Positions 29,616-36,486 of a DNA stretch of 36,486 nucleotides are shown in pieces. The stretch spans positions 1-36,486 of the forward strand of contig CBFFRQ010000012.1 of assembly GCA_965644315.1 (NCBI GenBank), written 5' to 3'. The position numbers and the translations under genes were made by a program. How positions within the stretch are numbered: the stretch's first letter is position 1; the number at the start of each line of letters is the position of its first letter. The DNA is from Caecitellus pseudoparvulus. Taxonomy: Eukaryota > Protista > Bigyra: Bicosoecida. The notes beneath the pieces were generated by a model. That model made no database searches. It saw only the letters and a program-made list of their open reading frames with translations, and was not told the origin of the DNA.

Positions 29616-31742
29616 TTACATCAGGCGTCCACCCATCTGCCCGATCGAGATGTGGGGCACATCCTTGACCTTGGGCAGGCGACCCTCGCCGTCTTCAGGC
29701 ACCAGCCGCTTGAGGGGGTCCTTGACCTCAGCCTCCAGGGTGGCGGCCTGCTGTCGGGTCATCCGCCCATGAGGCATGGCCACCCTTGTGCCCTTGCCAG
29801 CGATGAGGGTCTGGGGGTGCACGGTGCCGTCGGTGGCCTTGTGAGGCAGGGGGGGGAAGTCATCTCGGAGAGACTGGAGTGCCCCTCGAAGCCTGTCCCG
29901 GAAGGGTGCTGGACTGCCCGCCTCGGGTGTGGTCCAGATCCGGTACAAGACGTTGATGCCTTCGGCTGCCAGCCGGGTCATGCACTTGTGCAGGGGCAGC
30001 TCGTCATGGAGGTCAGGGATGTCGGGGTTCCACAGCACCAGCTTGCCTCGATCATGGTCGACGAGGATGAGCTGCAGATGGGCCGTGTTGTCGGTCCACA
30101 CCTCTCGAAGTGCGAAGGCATACAGCACTCCGTCGAGGTGCCCCTCTTGGTCACCCTCTTCATCAACCTGGCTGGGGTCGACGCCGGCCTGGCCAAGGTC
30201 ATCATGCCCGGCTGGGGCACGGTACCCTTGGTTGATGCGGTCGATGAGCAGGTGCAGGCCGGGAAGCAGGACTGGTGGTGTACCTGGGGCCAGGAAGGTG
30301 TCATCCGGCGAGTGCTGGTGCAGCATGTTGCGGAAGACGGCCACCCGTTGCCCGTCTGAGCGGAAGGGGGAGGGTGGCTTCTGGCCGACGTCCATGATGT
30401 CCGAGCTGGACGAGTCACTGACCACCCCCTCCAGCTGCCTGACCATGTGCTTGAAGGCAAGCTGGGCAGCGTTGATGGTGGCTGCATGCTGGAGTAGGAG
30501 GAGGTCCCCAGCCTCGAAGACCCTCTCCCCTGCTGCCGTCTCGAGACAGGCCTGGACACAGGCCCGCCCCCCCACGTTAGAGTACACGTGGGTCGATGAC
30601 AGCAGGTCGGCCAGAGGGCCAGGCTTGATGGGGTACTCGGCCAGGTGCTCGGGTGTCCGCACACTGTCATGAAGAGGCACCACCCTTGTGATCACCTCCC
30701 ATGCTGCTGCTGCAGACGGCCGATACCGGTGCACCTCGGGGCTTGCCTCGCCCGACGGGGTGGGGGACGGCCACTTGCGGTCGACGCCCCGCTGCACCCT
30801 TGATGAAGGCAACATGGCATGCACCACAGGGGTGGTGACGGTATCTTTGGGTGAGCCTTGGGTGGCAGGTGGTGAGGTTGGTCGAGGTGCAGGTGGCCGG
30901 ACGTTCTTGATGAAGACGTCCTCGAAGGTGAGGGATCGTCCGGCTGACTTGCCCTTTCCTCGCTTGCCTCGACGGGTCTTCTTCTTCTTCGGTGCCTTGT
31001 CGAGCTGAGTGTCAGTCCAGGTCGATGGTGTCTTGGTGTCGACAGGTGCATCACCCTCGGAGGGGACGGATTGTCTGACACTGGGACGGACGGCTTGGGC
31101 TGGCACGGGGCCATGGTCGAAGTGGGACCTAACGAGGCACATGACCTTGGCAACATCACCTGACTGGCAGGCGATTTCGGTTGCTTCCTTGGTCACTTGG
31201 TGGGCCACTTGGATGGCGGTGGGGTGGGCCTTCACCTTCACTTTCGCCTTCGCCGATGCGAACTGCTTGGTGTTGGTGTAGGCCACGGCGACGAACCCAC
31301 CTTGGCCGACTCGAATGGCGAAGTCGTCCTCTTGAGCAGCAAGAATGCGAAGTTGACGTGCCACTGTTGGTGAATCACCCTCACTTCCGAGCGTGACGAG
31401 GATGGTTGGCGATCCGGTGGGTCCCTGGCGCAGGGCCGCATTGGCGTTGCCGAATTCCGCACTCAGCCCTGGGATCAGCCGTTCGGCGGCTTCCCCATAG
31501 ACCTCGAGCCACATGTCCCGTGCCGAAGATGAACTATCATGATCAGTCTTGGGCAGGGGTCCTCCAAGCTCGAAGGTGCGTGCGGCACCCCGACGTGGCA
31601 TGTCAGTGAAGACACCTGTTCTGGGGCCGAGCACTTGCTTGCGCTTCAGGCACCCCTCCACGAAGAGGACCCCCAGGACTTGATCCACTTGGGCGTTCAT
31701 GATGCTTGTCAATGATGCTTTTGATGTCGATCCCAGGTGCAT
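29616..31742 (-). CDS. ~708-aa unknown protein; basic NLS-like tract, Pro-rich linker, possible papain-like Cys-His-Asn domain
   Basis: First ATG at 31742 (alternative 31700). Motifs KAPKKKKTRRGKRGKGK and NVGGRACVQAC ... TAHLQLILVDHDRGKLVLWNP. No YxDD RT motif seen. Confidence 0.75.
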   Translation of the reverse strand: MHLGSTSKASLTSIMNAQVDQVLGVLFVEGCLKRKQVLGPRTGVFTDMPRRGAARTFELGGPLPKTDHDSSSSARDMWLEVYGEAAERLIPGLSAEFGNANAALRQGPTGSPTILVTLGSEGDSPTVARQLRILAAQEDDFAIRVGQGGFVAVAYTNTKQFASAKAKVKVKAHPTAIQVAHQVTKEATEIACQSGDVAKVMCLVRSHFDHGPVPAQAVRPSVRQSVPSEGDAPVDTKTPSTWTDTQLDKAPKKKKTRRGKRGKGKSAGRSLTFEDVFIKNVRPPAPRPTSPPATQGSPKDTVTTPVVHAMLPSSRVQRGVDRKWPSPTPSGEASPEVHRYRPSAAAAWEVITRVVPLHDSVRTPEHLAEYPIKPGPLADLLSSTHVYSNVGGRACVQACLETAAGERVFEAGDLLLLQHAATINAAQLAFKHMVRQLEGVVSDSSSSDIMDVGQKPPSPFRSDGQRVAVFRNMLHQHSPDDTFLAPGTPPVLLPGLHLLIDRINQGYRAPAGHDDLGQAGVDPSQVDEEGDQEGHLDGVLYAFALREVWTDNTAHLQLILVDHDRGKLVLWNPDIPDLHDELPLHKCMTRLAAEGINVLYRIWTTPEAGSPAPFRDRLRGALQSLRDDFPPLPHKATDGTVHPQTLIAGKGTRVAMPHGRMTRQQAATLEAEVKDPLKRLVPEDGEGRLPKVKDVPHISIGQMGGRLM

Positions 31743-31923
31743 GCCCCGACCGAGGGCGCAAACTGGGAGCCACGGTGCGATGGTGTGCGGAATTCGCACT
31801 ACCCCGCCCCGGTGCGCACCACCCAACCAGCAAGCACTGTGCAACACCACACTTGGGTGCACGAGCGCCTGGATTAGGCAATGTTAGCACTTCACAACTT
31901 GTGATTAGCTTGACATTTGGAAA

Positions 31924-34851
31924 GTTAGCTACTCAATGCATTGCAGATTGCCTCCATGCAGGCTACATCATGGTACAGCTTGGGCTTGGACATGTGGTGC
32001 CACCTGCGCCACAACAGAATGCAGTGACACAGACACCACGACGGCACCGCTTGCACGGCTTTGCGACTAGCACAGACTCGTGTCCGTTGTATAAGTCGCC
32101 GTCTGTCTTGGCGCTTCAGCGCCCGCCCCGGTGGGATGGTCTTGAGGTGTAGGTCCAGGTCTCGGTCCACTCTTGTCTTGTCCGTCCAGTCCAGTCTCGT
32201 CCGTCTCGGTCCGATGTCCAGGGGTGGAGACCCGACTTGCTTGGCTTGGGTGGCGGTGTGGGCTGGAGGATATGGACTCGACACGGACTGGGTGTTGCTG
32301 AGATGCAAGCACACGACCCAGCCCGGCTGTCCCTTCGGCTCAGGTTTGGGGGCGGCCTCACAGATCTTGCTGCAAGTGCCTTCCCCTTCCACTGAGCCGA
32401 GTCCTGATGTGTTGGTATCGATGTTGGGTTGGTGATGGTGAGGTTGGGTTGGACTTTCCAATGTCCGATGTCAGCTATGTGCGTCGGTCGCGACACAAAG
32501 CTTCAGTCATGTGTGGCACAGGGAGTATGCCCCCACAGGTGACTTACATCAGGCGTCCACCCATCTGCCCGATCGAGATGTGGGGCACATCCTTGACCTT
32601 GGGCAGGCGACCCTCGCCGTCTTCAGGCACCAGCCGCTTGAGGGGGTCCTTGACCTCAGCCTCCAGGGTGGCGGCCTGCTGTCGGGTCATCCGCCCATGA
32701 GGCATGGCCACCCTTGTGCCCTTGCCAGCGATGAGGGTCTGGGGGTGCACGGTGCCGTCGGTGGCCTTGTGAGGCAGGGGGGGGAAGTCATCTCGGAGAG
32801 ACTGGAGTGCCCCTCGAAGCCTGTCCCGGAAGGGTGCTGGACTGCCCGCCTCGGGTGTGGTCCAGATCCGGTACAAGACGTTGATGCCTTCGGCTGCCAG
32901 CCGGGTCATGCACTTGTGCAGGGGCAGCTCGTCATGGAGGTCAGGGATGTCGGGGTTCCACAGCACCAGCTTGCCTCGATCATGGTCGACGAGGATGAGC
33001 TGCAGATGGGCCGTGTTGTCGGTCCACACCTCTCGAAGTGCGAAGGCATACAGCACTCCGTCGAGGTGCCCCTCTTGGTCACCCTCTTCATCAACCTGGC
33101 TGGGGTCGACGCCGGCCTGGCCAAGGTCATCATGCCCGGCTGGGGCACGGTACCCTTGGTTGATGCGGTCGATGAGCAGGTGCAGGCCGGGAAGCAGGAC
33201 TGGTGGTGTACCTGGGGCCAGGAAGGTGTCATCCGGCGAGTGCTGGTGCAGCATGTTGCGGAAGACGGCCACCCGTTGCCCGTCTGAGCGGAAGGGGGAG
33301 GGTGGCTTCTGGCCGACGTCCATGATGTCCGAGCTGGACGAGTCACTGACCACCCCCTCCAGCTGCCTGACCATGTGCTTGAAGGCAAGCTGGGCAGCGT
33401 TGATGGTGGCTGCATGCTGGAGTAGGAGGAGGTCCCCAGCCTCGAAGACCCTCTCCCCTGCTGCCGTCTCGAGACAGGCCTGGACACAGGCCCGCCCCCC
33501 CACGTTAGAGTACACGTGGGTCGATGACAGCAGGTCGGCCAGAGGGCCAGGCTTGATGGGGTACTCGGCCAGGTGCTCGGGTGTCCGCACACTGTCATGA
33601 AGAGGCACCACCCTTGTGATCACCTCCCATGCTGCTGCTGCAGACGGCCGATACCGGTGCACCTCGGGGCTTGCCTCGCCCGACGGGGTGGGGGACGGCC
33701 ACTTGCGGTCGACGCCCCGCTGCACCCTTGATGAAGGCAACATGGCATGCACCACAGGGGTGGTGACGGTATCTTTGGGTGAGCCTTGGGTGGCAGGTGG
33801 TGAGGTTGGTCGAGGTGCAGGTGGCCGGACGTTCTTGATGAAGACGTCCTCGAAGGTGAGGGATCGTCCGGCTGACTTGCCCTTTCCTCGCTTGCCTCGA
33901 CGGGTCTTCTTCTTCTTCGGTGCCTTGTCGAGCTGAGTGTCAGTCCAGGTCGATGGTGTCTTGGTGTCGACAGGTGCATCACCCTCGGAGGGGACGGATT
34001 GTCTGACACTGGGACGGACGGCTTGGGCTGGCACGGGGCCATGGTCGAAGTGGGACCTAACGAGGCACATGACCTTGGCAACATCACCTGACTGGCAGGC
34101 GATTTCGGTTGCTTCCTTGGTCACTTGGTGGGCCACTTGGATGGCGGTGGGGTGGGCCTTCACCTTCACTTTCGCCTTCGCCGATGCGAACTGCTTGGTG
34201 TTGGTGTAGGCCACGGCGACGAACCCACCTTGGCCGACTCGAATGGCGAAGTCGTCCTCTTGAGCAGCAAGAATGCGAAGTTGACGTGCCACTGTTGGTG
34301 AATCACCCTCACTTCCGAGCGTGACGAGGATGGTTGGCGATCCGGTGGGTCCCTGGCGCAGGGCCGCATTGGCGTTGCCGAATTCCGCACTCAGCCCTGG
34401 GATCAGCCGTTCGGCGGCTTCCCCATAGACCTCGAGCCACATGTCCCGTGCCGAAGATGAACTATCATGATCAGTCTTGGGCAGGGGTCCTCCAAGCTCG
34501 AAGGTGCGTGCGGCACCCCGACGTGGCATGTCAGTGAAGACACCTGTTCTGGGGCCGAGCACTTGCTTGCGCTTCAGGCACCCCTCCACGAAGAGGACCC
34601 CCAGGACTTGATCCACTTGGGCGTTCATGATGCTTGTCAATGATGCTTTTGATGTCGATCCCAGGTGCATGCCCCGACCGAGGGCGCAAACTGGGAGCCA
34701 CGGTGCGATGGTGTGCGGAATTCGCACTACCCCGCCCCGGTGCGCACCACCCAACCAGCAAGCACTGTGCAACACCACACTTGGGTGCACGAGCGCCTGG
34801 ATTAGGCAATGTTAGCACTTCACAACTTGTGATTAGCTTGACATTTGGAAA
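31924..34851 (-). mobile_element. 2928-bp telomeric unit E, capped directly by the telomere
   Basis: Copy of unit D; ends ...GACATTTGGAAA followed by GTTTGGGTTAGGG. Confidence 0.8.
32544..34670 (-). CDS. Second identical copy of the ~708-aa protein
   Basis: Translation identical to 29616-31742. Confidence 0.75.
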   Translation of the reverse strand: MHLGSTSKASLTSIMNAQVDQVLGVLFVEGCLKRKQVLGPRTGVFTDMPRRGAARTFELGGPLPKTDHDSSSSARDMWLEVYGEAAERLIPGLSAEFGNANAALRQGPTGSPTILVTLGSEGDSPTVARQLRILAAQEDDFAIRVGQGGFVAVAYTNTKQFASAKAKVKVKAHPTAIQVAHQVTKEATEIACQSGDVAKVMCLVRSHFDHGPVPAQAVRPSVRQSVPSEGDAPVDTKTPSTWTDTQLDKAPKKKKTRRGKRGKGKSAGRSLTFEDVFIKNVRPPAPRPTSPPATQGSPKDTVTTPVVHAMLPSSRVQRGVDRKWPSPTPSGEASPEVHRYRPSAAAAWEVITRVVPLHDSVRTPEHLAEYPIKPGPLADLLSSTHVYSNVGGRACVQACLETAAGERVFEAGDLLLLQHAATINAAQLAFKHMVRQLEGVVSDSSSSDIMDVGQKPPSPFRSDGQRVAVFRNMLHQHSPDDTFLAPGTPPVLLPGLHLLIDRINQGYRAPAGHDDLGQAGVDPSQVDEEGDQEGHLDGVLYAFALREVWTDNTAHLQLILVDHDRGKLVLWNPDIPDLHDELPLHKCMTRLAAEGINVLYRIWTTPEAGSPAPFRDRLRGALQSLRDDFPPLPHKATDGTVHPQTLIAGKGTRVAMPHGRMTRQQAATLEAEVKDPLKRLVPEDGEGRLPKVKDVPHISIGQMGGRLM

Positions 34852-36486
34852 GTTTGGGTTAGGGTTAGGGTTAGGGTTAGGGTTAGGGTTAGGGTTAGGG
34901 TTAGGGTTAGGGTTAGGGTTAGGGTTAGGGTTAGGGTTAGGGTTAGGGTTAGGGTTAGGGTTAGGGTTAGGGTTAGGGTTAGGGTTAGGGTTAGGGTTAG
35001 GGTTAGGGTTAGGGTTAGGGTTAGGGTTAGGGTTAGGGTTAGGGTTAGGGTTAGGGTTAGGGTTAGGGTTAGGGTTAGGGTTAGGGTTAGGGTTAGGGTT
35101 AGGGTTAGGGTTAGGGTTAGGGTTAGGGTTAGGGTTAGGGTTAGGGTTAGGGTTAGGGTTAGGGTTAGGGTTAGGGTTAGGGTTAGGGTTAGGGTTAGGG
35201 TTAGGGTTAGGGTTAGGGTTAGGGTTAGGGTTAGGGTTAGGGTTAGGGTTAGGGTTAGGGTTAGGGTTAGGGTTAGGGTTAGGGTTAGGGTTAGGGTTAG
35301 GGTTAGGGTTAGGGTTAGGGTTAGGGTTAGGGTTAGGGTTAGGGTTAGGGTTAGGGTTAGGGTTAGGGTTAGGGTTAGGGTTAGGGTTAGGGTTAGGGTT
35401 AGGGTTAGGGTTAGGGTTAGGGTTAGGGTTAGGGTTAGGGTTAGGGTTAGGGTTAGGGTTAGGGTTAGGGTTAGGGTTAGGGTTAGGGTTAGGGTTAGGG
35501 TTAGGGTTAGGGTTAGGGTTAGGGTTAGGGTTAGGGTTAGGGTTAGGGTTAGGGTTAGGGTTAGGGTTAGGGTTAGGGTTAGGGTTAGGGTTAGGGTTAG
35601 GGTTAGGGTTAGGGTTAGGGTTAGGGTTAGGGTTAGGGTTAGGGTTAGGGTTAGGGTTAGGGTTAGGGTTAGGGTTAGGGTTAGGGTTAGGGTTAGGGTT
35701 AGGGTTAGGGTTAGGGTTAGGGTTAGGGTTAGGGTTAGGGTTAGGGTTAGGGTTAGGGTTAGGGTTAGGGTTAGGGTTAGGGTTAGGGTTAGGGTTAGGG
35801 TTAGGGTTAGGGTTAGGGTTAGGGTTAGGGTTAGGGTTAGGGTTAGGGTTAGGGTTAGGGTTAGGGTTAGGGTTAGGGTTAGGGTTAGGGTTAGGGTTAG
35901 GGTTAGGGTTAGGGTTAGGGTTAGGGTTAGGGTTAGGGTTAGGGTTAGGGTTAGGGTTAGGGTTAGGGTTAGGGTTAGGGTTAGGGTTAGGGTTAGGGTT
36001 AGGGTTAGGGTTAGGGTTAGGGTTAGGGTTAGGGTTAGGGTTAGGGTTAGGGTTAGGGTTAGGGTTAGGGTTAGGGTTAGGGTTAGGGTTAGGGTTAGGG
36101 TTAGGGTTAGGGTTAGGGTTAGGGTTAGGGTTAGGGTTAGGGTTAGGGTTAGGGTTAGGGTTAGGGTTAGGGTTAGGGTTAGGGTTAGGGTTAGGGTTAG
36201 GGTTAGGGTTAGGGTTAGGGTTAGGGTTAGGGTTAGGGTTAGGGTTAGGGTTAGGGTTAGGGTTAGGGTTAGGGTTAGGGTTAGGGTTAGGGTTAGGGTT
36301 AGGGTTAGGGTTAGGGTTAGGGTTAGGGTTAGGGTTAGGGTTAGGGTTAGGGTTAGGGTTAGGGTTAGGGTTAGGGTTAGGGTTAGGGTTAGGGTTAGGG
36401 TTAGGGTTAGGGTTAGGGTTAGGGTTAGGGTTAGGGTTAGGGTTAGGGTTAGGGTTAGGGTTAGGGTTAGGGTTAGGGTTAGGGTT
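34852..36486 (+). repeat. Telomere (TTAGGG)n, ~271 units, first unit variant TTTGGG
   Basis: In-phase TTAGGG array from 34859 to the window end, with the G-rich strand running 5'->3' outward. Confidence 0.99.

Larger units (their letters stand above)
28996..31923 (-). mobile_element. 2928-bp telomeric unit D (single ORF, no RT, ~620-nt 3' UTR with conserved terminal motif)
   Basis: Direct repeat of 31924-34851 (all ORF translations identical, offset 2928). Joined at GGGTTAG. Confidence 0.8.

Noticed and set aside
30575-30579. Internal GTTAG in the 708-aa ORF
   Set aside because: Not followed by the conserved motif and the ORF reads through it; chance occurrence.
25231-32050. CRISPR-like or LTR interpretation of the recurring GTTAGC motif
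   Set aside because: Eukaryotic context, spacing of 0.5-2.9 kb, no cas genes, and no TG..CA LTR ends, PBS or integrase.

Overview
GC-rich eukaryotic (protist-like) chromosome end. From left to right: (1) a probable ~8.2 kb Plavaka/CMC-type DNA transposon (minus-strand C2H2 + transposase ORF, divergent unknown ORFs, C-rich subterminal repeats) that appears to interrupt a large IPT/TIG + Cys-rich + multi-TM membrane protein gene; (2) an intact ankyrin + XK-related gene, followed by increasingly decayed plus-strand genes (EF-hand/TM gene with a frameshift, ankyrin-like pseudogene, multi-TM pseudogene, and a gene cut off at a telomere-repeat remnant at ~25.2 kb); (3) from 25231 to 34851, a head-to-tail stack of five minus-strand elements. 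Each begins on the plus strand with GTTAG-C (telomere phase) and carries the same covarying, structured 3'-end motif (AATGCATT...GTACAGCTTG...AATGCA). The stack includes a 5'-truncated non-LTR ORF2 C-terminus (CCHC knuckle) and two apparently identical 2928-bp RT-less units encoding a ~708-aa protein with a possible papain-like triad; (4) ~1.63 kb of (TTAGGG)n telomere. The main candidate novelty is a telomere-targeted retroelement system resembling HeT-A/TART or Athena in layout, but defined by a shared 3' RNA structure rather than poly(A). All family assignments are by motif recognition only; no searches were run.
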